The translations under genes were made by a program, and so were the position numbers. Source: Acetobacteraceae bacterium (lineage in GTDB: Bacteria > Pseudomonadota > Alphaproteobacteria > Acetobacterales > Acetobacteraceae). Taken from it: DNA of 64,000 nucleotides. This document shows positions 1-12,909 of this stretch, in pieces. The notes under the pieces are model-generated. The model saw only the letters and a list, made by a program, of their open reading frames with translations, was not told the origin of the DNA and searched no databases. The first letter of the stretch is position 1. Each line of letters starts with the position of its first letter. Where the stretch lies: positions 33,120 through 97,119 of the forward strand of contig CBDAQK010000004.1 in NCBI GenBank assembly GCA_965199005.1, written 5' to 3'.

Positions 1-195
1 GCCACCACGATCGCCGGGCAATCGCGGACGGCGACCCTCCTGACCAAGCGCGCGGTCAATGCGGCGTTCGAAACCACCTTGACCCAGGGCGTCGCGACCG
101 AACGGTCCTTGTTCTTGTCTCTGTTCGGCACGGCGGGCCAGAAGGAGGGCATGGGCGCCTTCATCGAAAAGCGGAAGCCGTCGTTCAGCGAGTGA
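1..195 (+). CDS. Enoyl-CoA hydratase, C-terminal fragment
   Basis: Frame 1 reads ...LTKRAVNAAFETTLTQGVATERSLFLSLFGTAGQKEGMGAFIEKRKPSFSE*, a typical crotonase C-terminus; truncated by the window edge. Confidence 0.85.
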   Translation, partial: ATTIAGQSRTATLLTKRAVNAAFETTLTQGVATERSLFLSLFGTAGQKEGMGAFIEKRKPSFSE

Positions 196-320
196 ATGGC
201 TGGGCGGTCTGCTTGACTCGCTGATGTCCCACCCCTAGAAAGCCGCCCTTCGGCCGATCGACGCCCTGGATAATCAGCGGCCGCACCGAAGAATTTTGCT
301 GAGGACGAGACACACACCCG

Positions 321-599
321 ATGGCGAACACCGCTTCCGCGCGCAAGCGCATCCGTCAGACCGAACGCCGGACCGAACGCAATCAGGCCCGCAAGTCCCG
401 GATGCGGACCTTCGTCAAGAAGGTGGAGGTCGCGCTCGCGAGCGGGGACAAGGCGCAGGCGGCGGCCGCGTTCAAGGCCGCCCAGCCCGAGATGCAGCGG
501 GCTGCGGGCAAGGGGATCATCCACCGCAACACCGTGGCGCGACGGCTGTCCCGGTTGGCCAAGCGGATCAAGATGTTGGCGGCCGCACCGGTCGCGTAA
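321..599 (+). CDS. rpsT: 30S ribosomal protein S20
   Basis: [35 protein letters not shown]...[16 protein letters not shown]; lies upstream of dnaA as in many alphaproteobacteria. Confidence 0.98.
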   Translation: MANTASARKRIRQTERRTERNQARKSRMRTFVKKVEVALASGDKAQAAAAFKAAQPEMQRAAGKGIIHRNTVARRLSRLAKRIKMLAAAPVA

Positions 600-647
600 C
601 ATCCAGTCGATCGCCCCGGCAGTCGGCCAGGGCGAAGTTTCGGTTGA

Positions 648-690
648 AAGGCTGGCCGGTTCCTCTGGGAATCAGCCGGCCTTTTTATTT
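648..690 (+). terminator. Intrinsic terminator after rpsT
   Basis: AAGGCTGGCCGGTTCC-TCTG-GGAATCAGCCGGCCTT stem followed by a T-rich tail. Confidence 0.75.
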
Positions 691-846
691 GTGTCCCCTT
701 GCGCAATACTTTTGCGGGGTCATGCATTGCGGATTCGCATTGCCTGAGCGCTCGCATTCACCTACACCATTACTCTGCGGTCATGTTCGGCGGGACGATT
801 TTTCCGGTCGATGGAGCGCTGCTGGCAACGATTGAGGCGGGTGGGG

Positions 847-2304
847 ATGATCAGATTCGGCGGCCCGATCCATCCGCCACCTGGCAGCAGCGATTCTCCG
901 GCACCATGCGAAAATCAGGCGGACGGATCGGCGTTGGCCGCGCAGTGGACCCGCGTTTGCGACCGCATGAAGTCCGATGTCGGGGAGGTCGAGTATCGCA
1001 CCTGGCTGCGCCAGATGGCGCTGGCCGGGCAGGACGGCGACGAGGTCACCATCCGCTTGCCGACCCGCTTCCTGCGCGACTGGGTCCGCAGCCATTACGG
1101 CGACAAGCTGACGACGCTGTGGCAGTCGGAGAACGCGGCGATCCATCGCGTGGACCTGCGCGTGGGCTCCCCCAGCGTCAGCCCGCCCCCAGTGGCGGAG
1201 ACCATCCCGATCGAGCCGGTTGCCTTCCCGGCCGCCGCGGCCCGGGCGGAGGAGCGTGATCCGCGGGCGGCGGAGTTGGCGAGCGCACTGGACCCCCGCT
1301 TCTCCTTCGACGCGTTCGTCGTCGGCAAGCCGAACGAGTTTGCCCATGCCTGTGCCCGCCGGGTCGCCGAGCATCCGGCCAGCCAGGGCTTCAACCCGCT
1401 GTTCCTGTATGGCGGCGTGGGCCTCGGCAAGACCCACCTGATGCATGCCGTCGGGCTGGAACTGTCGCGCCGCGACGCCGGGCGGCCGACCACCGTCATC
1501 TACATGTCGGCCGAGAAGTTCATGTACCGCTTCATCGCCGCCATCCGCAGCCATTCGACCATGGACTTCAAGGACAGCATGCGGTCGGTCGACGTGCTGA
1601 TGGTCGACGACGTGCAGTTCCTCATCGGCAAGGACAGCACGCAGGAGGAGTTCTTCCACACCTTCAACGCTCTGGTCGACGCCGGCAAGCAGATCGTCAT
1701 CTCCTCCGACAAATCGCCGTCCGACCTGGATGTGGAGCAGCGGCTGCGCACCCGGCTGGGCTGCGGCATGGTGGCCGATCTGCACGCCACCACGTTCGAG
1801 CTGCGCGTCTCGATCCTGGAGGCGAAGGCGGCCCGCGCCGGGGTGGATGTGTCCCGCCGGGTGCTCGAATTTCTATCCCACAAGATCACCAGCAACGTCC
1901 GCGAGTTGGAGGGTGCGCTGAACCGCCTGCTGGCCCATGCCAGCCTGTTCGGCCGCCCGGTCACCCTGGAATCGACGCAGGAGGTGTTGCGCGACGTGCT
2001 GAAGGCGCAGGACCGGCGCGTCACCATCGAGGAGATCCAGAAGCGCGTGGCGGAGCACTACCATCTCCGGCTGAGCGAGATGAGCAGCGCCCGCCGGGCG
2101 CGCAACGTGGCGCGGCCGCGCCAGGTGGCGATGTACCTGGCCAAGCAGCTCACCAGCCGGTCCTTGCCGGAGATCGGCCGCAAGTTCGGCAACCGCGACC
2201 ACACCACCGTCATGCATGCCTGTTCCCGCGTGGCGGAGATCATGGGCGTGGACGCCGGCTTCGCCGAGGACGTGGAATTGCTGCGGCGCATGCTCGAAAG
2301 CTGA
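847..2304 (+). CDS. dnaA: Chromosomal replication initiator DnaA
   Basis: FVVGKPN, Walker A GGVGLGKTHL, DDVQF, NVRELEGAL, RDHTTVMHA; start uncertain (811, 841 or 847). Confidence 0.98.
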   Translation: MIRFGGPIHPPPGSSDSPAPCENQADGSALAAQWTRVCDRMKSDVGEVEYRTWLRQMALAGQDGDEVTIRLPTRFLRDWVRSHYGDKLTTLWQSENAAIHRVDLRVGSPSVSPPPVAETIPIEPVAFPAAAARAEERDPRAAELASALDPRFSFDAFVVGKPNEFAHACARRVAEHPASQGFNPLFLYGGVGLGKTHLMHAVGLELSRRDAGRPTTVIYMSAEKFMYRFIAAIRSHSTMDFKDSMRSVDVLMVDDVQFLIGKDSTQEEFFHTFNALVDAGKQIVISSDKSPSDLDVEQRLRTRLGCGMVADLHATTFELRVSILEAKAARAGVDVSRRVLEFLSHKITSNVRELEGALNRLLAHASLFGRPVTLESTQEVLRDVLKAQDRRVTIEEIQKRVAEHYHLRLSEMSSARRARNVARPRQVAMYLAKQLTSRSLPEIGRKFGNRDHTTVMHACSRVAEIMGVDAGFAEDVELLRRMLES

Positions 2305-2397
2305 CGGCGGGTCCGGTTGCGCCCGGCCCCCGCTCTGCTAGGTTGACAGACCGATGAGACAGCGCACCGAGTCCGGCCGCGCGGAAGGACCGAACCG

Positions 2398-3522
2398 ATG
2401 AAGCTCAAGGCCGACCGGGCCAGCCTGATCAAAGCGCTGGCGCATATCCAGAGCGTCGCCGAGAAGCGCAACACGATCCCGATCCTGGCGAACGCGCTGA
2501 TCGCGGTGCGGGACGGCAAGCTGAGCTTCACCGCCACCGACATGGAAATCGCCGTCGTCGAGGAAGTGCCCGCCGCATCCAGCCGGGATGGCGCGACCAC
2601 CGCGCCGGCGATCACCCTGTACGAGATCGTCCGCAAGCTGCCGGACGGCGCCGAGGTCGAGTTGGATTTCCCCGGCGGCGACGCACAGCTGGCGCTGCGG
2701 GCCGGGCGCTATGCCACCAGCCTGGTGACGCTGCCGACGGACGATTTCCCGTCCATGACGGCGGGGCAGCTGCCGCACCGCTTCCACCTTTCCGCCATGG
2801 GATGGCGCGGGCTGATCGACCGCACGCGCTTCGCCATCAGCACGGAGGAAACGCGCTACTACCTCAACGGCATCTTCCTCCATGCGGCCGACGGCGAGGG
2901 TGGCCGGGTGCTGCGTGCCGTCGCCACCGACGGCCACCGCCTGGCCCGCGTGGAGGAGCCGCTGCCCGAAGGCGCCGGCTCCATGCCCGGCGTGATCGTG
3001 CCGCGCAAGACGGTGGCGGAACTGCGCAAGCTGCTGGACGAGGCGAGCGGCGAGGTGGAGTGCGCGCTGTCCGACACCCGCATCCAGTTCACCGTCGGCA
3101 ACGTGCAGCTGACCAGCAAGCTGATCGACGGCACGTTCCCGGAATACGAGCGGGTCATCCCCCGTGACAACGAGAAGATCCTGCGCGTCGGCAAGAAGGA
3201 CTTCGCCGAGGCCGTGGGCCGCGTCGCCGCCATCAGCAGCGAGCGGTCGCGTCCGGTGAAGATGTCGCTCGCCCGCGACCTGCTGGTGTTGTCCGCCGCC
3301 AGTCCGGAGCAGGGCACCGCCAGCGAGGAGCTGGAAGGCGACCGGGTGAAGTACGAGGCCGGGCCGCTGGAGATCGGGTTCCAGGCGCGCTACCTGAACG
3401 ACATCACCGACCAGATCGGCGGCGAGGTCGAGTTCCTGTTCAGCGACGGCGCGGCCCCCACCGTCGTGCGCGATGCCGGGGACAGCAGCGCGCTCTACGT
3501 CCTCATGCCCATGCGCGTTTGA
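2398..3522 (+). CDS. dnaN: DNA polymerase III beta clamp
   Basis: ATDME, TRYYLNG, VATDGHRL, KLIDGTFPEY, C-terminal VLMPMRV. Confidence 0.98.
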   Translation: MKLKADRASLIKALAHIQSVAEKRNTIPILANALIAVRDGKLSFTATDMEIAVVEEVPAASSRDGATTAPAITLYEIVRKLPDGAEVELDFPGGDAQLALRAGRYATSLVTLPTDDFPSMTAGQLPHRFHLSAMGWRGLIDRTRFAISTEETRYYLNGIFLHAADGEGGRVLRAVATDGHRLARVEEPLPEGAGSMPGVIVPRKTVAELRKLLDEASGEVECALSDTRIQFTVGNVQLTSKLIDGTFPEYERVIPRDNEKILRVGKKDFAEAVGRVAAISSERSRPVKMSLARDLLVLSAASPEQGTASEELEGDRVKYEAGPLEIGFQARYLNDITDQIGGEVEFLFSDGAAPTVVRDAGDSSALYVLMPMRV

Positions 3523-3526
3523 CCCG

Positions 3527-4294
3527 GTGGCAGCCTCCCCCTTCGATCTGACGGGGCGCCGCGCGCTCATCACCGGGTCCGGCCAGGGCATCGGCCTGGC
3601 CTTGGCGCACGCGTTGGCCGCCGCCGGGGCGCAGATCGTCCTGAACGGCCGCAACCCGGACAAGCTGGACCGCGCCGCGGCCGAGCTGCGGACCGCCGGG
3701 GCCACCGTCGCCGTCATGCCGTTCGACGTCACGGACCCGGCGGCGGTCACGGCGGGCGTCACCACGATCGAGGCGGAGCACGGCCCGGTCGACATCCTGG
3801 TGAACAACGCCGGCCTCACCCGCCGCATCCCGCTGCAGGATCTGCCGGAAGCCACCTGGCGCGAGGTGATGCGGACCAACCTGGACGCGGTGTTCTTCGT
3901 CGGCCAGGCGGTCGCCCGGTGCATGATCCCGCGCGGCCGTGGCAAGATCATCAACGTCTGCTCCGTCCAAAGCGAGCTCGCGCGGCCCGGCACCGCGCCC
4001 TACGCCGCCAGCAAAGGCGCGGTGAAGATGCTGACCAAGGGCATGTGCGCCGACTGGGCGAAGTTCGGCATTCAGGTCAACGGCCTCGCCCCCGGCTATT
4101 TCGCGACGGAGCTGACCCAGCCGCTGGTGGACGACCCGGCGTTTTCGTCCTGGCTGTGCGCCCGCACGCCGGCCGGCCGCTGGGGCCGGGTGGAGGAGCT
4201 GGGCGGCGCCACCGTCTTCCTCGCGTCGTCGGCGGCGGATTTCGTCAATGGCCATCTGCTGTTCGTCGACGGTGGGCTGACCACCGCGGTCTAG
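3527..4294 (+). CDS. Gluconate 5-dehydrogenase-like SDR oxidoreductase
   Basis: TGSGQGIG, NNAG, YAASK, LAPGYFATEL, RTPAGRWG; GTG start 4 nt after the dnaN stop. Confidence 0.88.
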   Translation: MAASPFDLTGRRALITGSGQGIGLALAHALAAAGAQIVLNGRNPDKLDRAAAELRTAGATVAVMPFDVTDPAAVTAGVTTIEAEHGPVDILVNNAGLTRRIPLQDLPEATWREVMRTNLDAVFFVGQAVARCMIPRGRGKIINVCSVQSELARPGTAPYAASKGAVKMLTKGMCADWAKFGIQVNGLAPGYFATELTQPLVDDPAFSSWLCARTPAGRWGRVEELGGATVFLASSAADFVNGHLLFVDGGLTTAV

Positions 4295-4296
4295 GC

Positions 4297-5430
4297 GTGC
4301 AGCTCACCCGGCTGGCCCTCACCGACTTCCGCAACTATCCCAGCCTGGTTTGGCGGCCGGCCTCCCGCCTGGTGGTGATCACCGGCCCGAACGGCAGCGG
4401 CAAGACCAACCTGTTGGAAGCGGTGTCCCTGCTGGTGCCGGGCCGCGGGCTGCGCAACGCCCGGCTGGCGGAGTTGCCGCGCCAGGCGGGGCCCGGGCGA
4501 TGGGGGGTGGCGGCGCAGTTTGCCGACGGTTTGGCGCTCGGCACCGGCTCGCCGCCCGATGGCCCGGCGGACCGCCGGGTGTTCCGCCTGGATGGCGAAG
4601 CGCCCCGATCGCAAGCGGCCATCGCGGCGCGCGTGGCCGCCGTCTGGCTGACGCCGCAGATGGACCGGCTGTTCGGCGAGGGCGCGTCCGGCCGCCGCCG
4701 CTTCCTGGACCGGCTCGTCTGGGCCTTGGAGCCAGGCCACGCGCGCGAGATCGCGGCGCATGACACGGCCATGGCGAACCGCAACCGCCTGCTGGGGCAG
4801 GGCGGTGCCGACCCCGCGTGGCTGGCCGGGCTGGAGGACAGCATGGTGCGGCATGCCGTGGCCGCCGCAGCCGCCCGGCGCGCCCTGGTGTCGCGGCTGA
4901 ACGCGGTACTGGCCGAGGGCGCCGCCGGCCGCTTCCCCGTGGCGCGCATGGCCCTGCTGGACCCGGTGGCGGAGCGGTTGGACGCGGCGCCGGCGCTGGC
5001 GGTGGAGGATTGGCTGCGCGCCGCCCTGCACGATGCGCGGGCGCGCGACGCGGCGGCTGGCTCGGCCGCATGGGGCGCGCACCGGGCGGACATGGCGCTG
5101 TTCGATGCTGCGTCCGGCCTGTCCGCCGCCGTTGCCAGCACGGGGCAGCAGAAGGCGCTGCTGCTTGGCGTGGTGCTGGGGCATGCCGCGCTGATCGCGC
5201 TGGCGCGGGGATCGCCGCCGCTGCTGCTGCTGGACGAGCCTGCTGTCCACCTGGATGCCGAACGTCGCGGCGACCTGCTGGCGGCGCTGTGTGAACCCGG
5301 CGCCACCGTGCTGCTGACCGGCACGGACGCCGACGTCTTCACCCCCTTGCGGGGGCGCGCGGAAGGCTGGCGAACGGGCGGCGATGCGCTGCTGCCAGAC
5401 CTGGCCTTTCCCCCCGTCGGCCCTGTCTAA
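4297..5430 (+). CDS. recF: DNA replication/repair protein RecF
   Basis: LTDFRNY, GPNGSGKTNLLEA, RRRFLDR, STGQQK, LLLDEP; GTG start. Confidence 0.95.
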   Translation: MQLTRLALTDFRNYPSLVWRPASRLVVITGPNGSGKTNLLEAVSLLVPGRGLRNARLAELPRQAGPGRWGVAAQFADGLALGTGSPPDGPADRRVFRLDGEAPRSQAAIAARVAAVWLTPQMDRLFGEGASGRRRFLDRLVWALEPGHAREIAAHDTAMANRNRLLGQGGADPAWLAGLEDSMVRHAVAAAAARRALVSRLNAVLAEGAAGRFPVARMALLDPVAERLDAAPALAVEDWLRAALHDARARDAAAGSAAWGAHRADMALFDAASGLSAAVASTGQQKALLLGVVLGHAALIALARGSPPLLLLDEPAVHLDAERRGDLLAALCEPGATVLLTGTDADVFTPLRGRAEGWRTGGDALLPDLAFPPVGPV

Positions 5431-5468
5431 GAGGGGCCATCACGCCTATATTGATGGGAGAATCCTGA

Positions 5469-7931
<2,463 letters not shown>

Positions 7932-8687
7932 GTTCTTTTTTGTAGCGCGACAGATATCTATTCAGTTAAGCCACATAAAAATTCAGCCTCTCCGGCAGAT
8001 AAAAACCGCAACCTGCAGCGGTTAAGTGATTGGGAAAGTGAGCATTTTAGATGTTGGCGGGCACCAAAGTTTGCACTTGTAAGACAAGCTTGGACATCCG
8101 CTCACGGCCGGTTTTCTTCCAAGGCAGGCGTTGCTGACGGCAACCATCAGCCCGGTGCCTGCGGCCTTTCTGAGGATGAGCAGGGTGCCTCTACCGCGAC
8201 TGGAACCACGTGGGTCCTCGGAAGCGTAACTTGCCTACGCTAACTCATTCCGGAGGCTGCTGCCTCGCAGTCGGGTTCCTGCACAAGGTTTCTGATGCCC
8301 TGATTGTCGGGGATGTGTTGACAGCAGCATAGAGGAGCAGGCGTCCGCCTAGGCCAGGCCGCAATTGCCAAGCGTCTGGCCACGGCGGCGACCGTTCGCA
8401 TGTAGGGGCGGGTCTCGGCAAAGCCTCGCGGAGTCATCTTACTGCCCATCTGGGCCGCCACGGGCCTTCGGCGGTTCGCCGAGTTCGACAGCGGTCTCGA
8501 GGTGCGGCAAGCAGACGCGCAGGAATCCGGGGGCCTACGCGTAATACCACAGACGAGCGGGCCCATCTCAGGCTGCTTCAGGCGATTGGACGACTGCCTG
8601 GATTGCTCCCGACAACGGGGCGTTGCCGCAAGCTCGTAACCGTGACTACAACTCATGCGCTGGACCTAATCACTCAGGACGCAAAAC

Positions 8688-9128
8688 ATGGCTGCCGAGG
8701 AATCCGACGATGGGGAGGGGGCCGCTTCCGGAGCCCTGACGCTCCTTCCGTCATGGATCCGCGTGATTTTTCGAGGACGACACCTGTCCCCACCTGCAAC
8801 AAGAGACGAGGGACTCGAGACCAAGTCCGCTCCAGCTGTGCAGGCTGACGACGAGCCGTTCGAGAACGGCCGGATTTATCCCGACTATCCAGATCCAGAC
8901 GGCATCGAAGTGTATCAGGTCACCGTCGGAGGCAAGACGTTGTACGAGGTGGGGTCGCGGGGAAAGTGCGTGAAACGCACTCAGTCGCGATTACGGGCGC
9001 TGGCCGACGCTGCCCGAAGAAGTCCGCTTCAGGTCAGGCGGGAACCCGGGTCCTCGATGGCCGCGGAGCCGAAACCTGAGCCCCCAAGCGCCGGAGGAGA
9101 GGGAGAACCGGGTTCTCGCAGTAGATGA
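8688..9128 (+). CDS. Hypothetical protein
   Basis: 146-aa ORF with AGGA upstream of ATG; no recognisable motif; 3' end overlaps the convergent ORF. Confidence 0.3.
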   Translation: MAAEESDDGEGAASGALTLLPSWIRVIFRGRHLSPPATRDEGLETKSAPAVQADDEPFENGRIYPDYPDPDGIEVYQVTVGGKTLYEVGSRGKCVKRTQSRLRALADAARRSPLQVRREPGSSMAAEPKPEPPSAGGEGEPGSRSR

Positions 9129-9426
9129 TCCGGTCAACCTCGCCGTTGGCACGAAAGAAGCGGTTCAACCTCCTGATCTCGACACGAACCGCTCGTAGAT
9201 CTCGGCGGAGCAAGGAATAGCGTCCGTGCTCCCGTTCATGTGCCCCGGCTTGGGCCAGCCACTCCAGGTTGCTTGATACGCGCCCTGCCAGGGAGCGTTC
9301 GGCGGGAGATGCGTGCAAGAGCCCCGAGCCGCTTGCGAAAGCACCGGCTGCATCGACCCATCCTTGAGAACGAAGGAGTTCGAAGACCTCGAGCTGTTCC
9401 ACGACATCGAGTCTTCCCTTGCCCAT
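9034..9426 (-). CDS. Hypothetical protein
   Basis: GGAG SD before ATG (MGKGRLDVVEQLEVFELL...); no family recognised. Confidence 0.35.
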   Translation of the reverse strand: MGKGRLDVVEQLEVFELLRSQGWVDAAGAFASGSGLLHASPAERSLAGRVSSNLEWLAQAGAHEREHGRYSLLRRDLRAVRVEIRRLNRFFRANGEVDRIIYCENPVLPLLRRLGAQVSAPRPSRTRVPA

Positions 9427-9679
9427 GCTTCTCTCCGATGTGCCGCGGCCATACCCAGGGTTACTTCTCGAGCGAACCATCCTCGATTGTGCTACAGACA
9501 GCGTCGCGACTGCCAGTCGGATGACGCGCATCCCTACAAAAACCTGGACCGACAAAACGAGCGGCGATGTCGGCGGCTGAAGCGCGAGTAGCAGGCGCGG
9601 ATTTCGGCAGCTTGCGACTAGGACGCCCTGGGATCCGGCACGGCCGCCGGATGAGGCTGTGGATGTCCATCCGCCCTGG

Positions 9680-10630
9680 TCAGTCGTAATCGATGCCCGC
9701 CTGCTTGACGAAATCCGTCCACAGGCGTTCAGCGGCCTGCTCCGGGGTCAGCCTGTCCGCACCGCGGCCTGACGACATCCCGAAGCGGTCCATGTTCAGG
9801 AACAGCTGGTAGTCGTCATGGCTTACCTGGATGCCTCCGTTGGACACGTTGTTCTCGGCATGACGTTGGTTGACGTAGGAGATGTCGCCGAAGCCATGCA
9901 TCCGCGACTTGCCGTTGCGCACCGTGATGTGAGCCTCGCCGCCCTGGCGCCTGGCTCGGTTGACCACCGAACAGGTGAAAGCGGTTGAGTCCATGTCCTC
10001 GAACTTGGCTCGCAGGTCATCGCCGATCTGCGCCAGCTCTCCGCATGATGATTGGAAGTAGTTCCGAATGGTCGAGAACGCCCGATCGGCATACTCGGCA
10101 CGCTGGATCGTATCAAAGTCCTGCTTGACGCGGGGACGGCGCCCCGGCCCTGGCGCCCCCGCCGGATCGGTCGATGATGCCTGCTGCCTCCCGGCCTCGA
10201 TAATGCGCCGAAGGCCGATGACCACATTGAGGTAGGCATTGTTAAGGTTGGTGAACCCGGAGATTGGCTGGCCATCCTTCGGCAGGGCGGCGAAGTCCTT
10301 GAAGGGCGAAGACAGCCAGTCGCACGGCTCTAGGATGACGGGCACGATCCGCAACCGGCCCGCCGCAGCCAACTCCAGGGCCCGCTTAAATTCCTTGTCG
10401 TAGCAGTAGTTCGACGCCAGGTAGTCCGGGCTGACCAGGGCCACGAACACGGCGCTGCTCTCCAGCGCCTCGCTGATGACGCCATCAAGCCGATCTCCCG
10501 GCACAATGACGTGGTCGGTCCATAGAGGAAGTGCGCCCTCCCGCTTGAGGACAGCCAAATGCTTCTGCAAGCGTTCCAGAGCCCTGTCGTCAGCGTGGCA
10601 GTAGGACACGAAAGCAGAGATGGCAGGCAT
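9680..10630 (-). CDS. TIR-domain protein with unassigned C-terminal domain
   Basis: AFVSYCHAD...LWTD...VSPDYLASNYCYDKEF...IVPVILEPCDW matches the TIR_2 pattern, including the Glu after the SxxC motif. Confidence 0.88.
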   Translation of the reverse strand: MPAISAFVSYCHADDRALERLQKHLAVLKREGALPLWTDHVIVPGDRLDGVISEALESSAVFVALVSPDYLASNYCYDKEFKRALELAAAGRLRIVPVILEPCDWLSSPFKDFAALPKDGQPISGFTNLNNAYLNVVIGLRRIIEAGRQQASSTDPAGAPGPGRRPRVKQDFDTIQRAEYADRAFSTIRNYFQSSCGELAQIGDDLRAKFEDMDSTAFTCSVVNRARRQGGEAHITVRNGKSRMHGFGDISYVNQRHAENNVSNGGIQVSHDDYQLFLNMDRFGMSSGRGADRLTPEQAAERLWTDFVKQAGIDYD

Positions 10631-10734
10631 AACGCACATCCAAGAAGGGAGCAGAATAACATGTCGCTGTCACATCAGATATTCAACATGTAAGGCCGAA
10701 CAGGCCAGAAGCTGGTCATCTGGCCTGACTTTCC

Positions 10735-11283
10735 ATGCCAGAGGCGCTACTTTATCATGCGCTGCGGAATGGTCGGGAAGGCCGGGCAACCTGTAGCGGA
10801 TTGGACCTGAATTCGGAGCTTATCACCATTCCGGGCGCAAATGTGGGTTCTGAAGCCAGCAACACGCGACCTGACTTCGATGACGTGAGTGGGCCCCGTC
10901 GCGCCAACATGCGCGCCATACGAGCGACCAACACCAAGCCCGAAGTCACCGTCAGGCGCCTGCTGCACAGCATGGGTTACCGCTTTCGTCTTCATCGGCG
11001 CGATTTGCCCGGAAAACCCGACATCGTTTTTTCAGGGCGCATGAAGGTCATCGAAGTTCGGGGATGCTTTTGGCACCGGCACTCCGAGCCTGGTTGCAGG
11101 AATGCAGTGCTTCCACGCAGTCGAGCCGATTGGTGGCGGACAAAGCTGGACTCCAACGTCGCCAGGGACGCGCGGAATCTTTCCCTGCTCGAAGGGCTGG
11201 GTTGGTCCGTGCTGGTCCTCTGGGAATGCCAACTGGTTTTGCCCGGCCTGCCGGAGCGCCTGCGCGTGTTCCTGGATCACTGA
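10735..11283 (+). CDS. vsr: Very short patch repair endonuclease
   Basis: RRANMRAIRATNTKPE, DLPGKPDIVF, GCFWHRH, NVARD, LVLWEC; true start probably downstream (~10843-10885). Confidence 0.93.
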   Translation: MPEALLYHALRNGREGRATCSGLDLNSELITIPGANVGSEASNTRPDFDDVSGPRRANMRAIRATNTKPEVTVRRLLHSMGYRFRLHRRDLPGKPDIVFSGRMKVIEVRGCFWHRHSEPGCRNAVLPRSRADWWRTKLDSNVARDARNLSLLEGLGWSVLVLWECQLVLPGLPERLRVFLDH

Positions 11284-11371
11284 AGCGCGGGAAGCTGTTC
11301 GACTTACCTAGCGGATAGACCTTGACGCTATCGCGCTTTGTGGAAGCCACAGGGCAGTCTAGGATCCATCC

Positions 11372-12895
11372 ATGGTCGACACGACTCAACTTTCCAAAGC
11401 CTCTCCGGGGCAGCTGTCAGCGGCAGAAGCGAACGCCAGCCGGGCAGTGCGGGCCAAGCTGGCCCGCCTGGCGCAGGGTGGCCAGCCCCGGGTACTCGAC
11501 CTGTTCTCAGGCTGCGGGGGCATTTCCCTGGGCTTCCATCGGGTCGGCTGCTCCATCGTGGGGAACGTCGAAATTGACCCGGATGCGGCCCGTTCGCATG
11601 CCCTCAACTTTCATTCGCACTGCCCCGGTTCAATGGAGCGTCACGGCAAGGCGCGAGACATCGGTTCCACCACACCAACCGAACTCGCGGCAGCGCTGGA
11701 CCTGGGACACGTCCTCGGCGCCGTGGACGTCATCGTCGGAGGGCCGCCCTGTCAGGCCTATGCGCGGGTGGGCCGGGCCAAGCTGCGCCACCTGACGGAC
11801 CATCCGGAGGCCTACAAACAGGATCAAAGACGCCACCTCTATCTCCGCTACCTGCAGTTCGTACGCGAGTTCCGTCCCGTCGCCCTGCTCATGGAGAACG
11901 TCCCCGACATCCTGAACCAGGATGGACACAACGTGGTCGAGGACATGACCGAGGTCCTGGACGAGCTGGGCTACGACACGCGCTACACCCTGCTCAATGC
12001 GGCGTTCTTCGGCGTGCCCCAGGCACGCGACAGGCTCTACATGGTCGCCTACCGCCGCGAACTGCAGGCCCGGATCCGGTTCCCGGAACCCACACACCAC
12101 GCCGACCTGCCTTCGGGTTACCTCGGGCGACGTACGCATGCACTGAAGGCAGTGGCCGCAGCCGACATCCATTCGTATATCCCGGCCGTTCAGCCGCCCG
12201 CCAGCCTGCCCCCGGCCATCTCGGCCTTCGATGCCATCGGCGATCTCCCAGGCATCCCGGCCATCGACAGGAGGCCGCCACGCCGAAGCGTTCTGGACGA
12301 AACCCTGCCGCATCCCTCTCGTCGCGGCATTTCGCCCTATGCACAGGCGATGAGGACGTGGCCCGGATTCGAAGCCCTGGGAACGCTGCAGGACCATGTC
12401 GTGCGCTACCTGCCGAGGGATGGCCGGATTTTCGCGGCCATGCCCGAAGGGGCCGAGTACCCTGCCGCGTATGCGCTGGCCGTCCAGCTGTTTCGCACGG
12501 CAGCGCGGGAGACAGGCCTCCATCACCGCTCGAACGCCTACGCCGACCTGCGCAAGCGCATGGTCCCGCCTTACGATCCGGGCAAGTTCCCCAACAAGTG
12601 GTGGAAGCTCCGACGTGACCAGCCGGTGCGTACGCTTATGGCCCACCTGGGACGGGACTGCTACTCGCACATCCATTTCGATGCCACGCAGGCCCGCACC
12701 ATCAGCGTACGCGAGGCAGCCCGCCTGCAGTCGTTCCCCGACGGCTGGCGGTTCGCCGGGTCGATGAACTCGGTGTTCAAGCAGATCGGCAACGCAGTTC
12801 CCCCGCTCATGAGCACAGCCATCGCCGCGGTCATGCAGGCAACGATGCAGGAATGCCTGCTGCGGGGTGCGCAGCCCCGGCCGATCGCAGCGTAG
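11372..12895 (+). CDS. dcm: DNA cytosine-C5 methyltransferase
   Basis: Motif I DLFSGCGG, IV GGPPCQ, VI ENV, VIII QARDR, X QIGNAVPP; long target-recognition region; specificity unknown. Confidence 0.95.
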   Translation: MVDTTQLSKASPGQLSAAEANASRAVRAKLARLAQGGQPRVLDLFSGCGGISLGFHRVGCSIVGNVEIDPDAARSHALNFHSHCPGSMERHGKARDIGSTTPTELAAALDLGHVLGAVDVIVGGPPCQAYARVGRAKLRHLTDHPEAYKQDQRRHLYLRYLQFVREFRPVALLMENVPDILNQDGHNVVEDMTEVLDELGYDTRYTLLNAAFFGVPQARDRLYMVAYRRELQARIRFPEPTHHADLPSGYLGRRTHALKAVAAADIHSYIPAVQPPASLPPAISAFDAIGDLPGIPAIDRRPPRRSVLDETLPHPSRRGISPYAQAMRTWPGFEALGTLQDHVVRYLPRDGRIFAAMPEGAEYPAAYALAVQLFRTAARETGLHHRSNAYADLRKRMVPPYDPGKFPNKWWKLRRDQPVRTLMAHLGRDCYSHIHFDATQARTISVREAARLQSFPDGWRFAGSMNSVFKQIGNAVPPLMSTAIAAVMQATMQECLLRGAQPRPIAA

Positions 12896-12909
12896 AGAGC
12901 GGGGTAGCC

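Noticed and set aside
600-846. oriC next to dnaA
   Set aside because: No TTATCCACA-type box cluster or long AT-rich unwinding element seen; many alphaproteobacterial origins lie elsewhere.
9680-10630. Thoeris, CBASS or Pycsar assignment for the TIR gene
   Set aside because: No ThsA, cyclase, SAVED or STING partner recognised.
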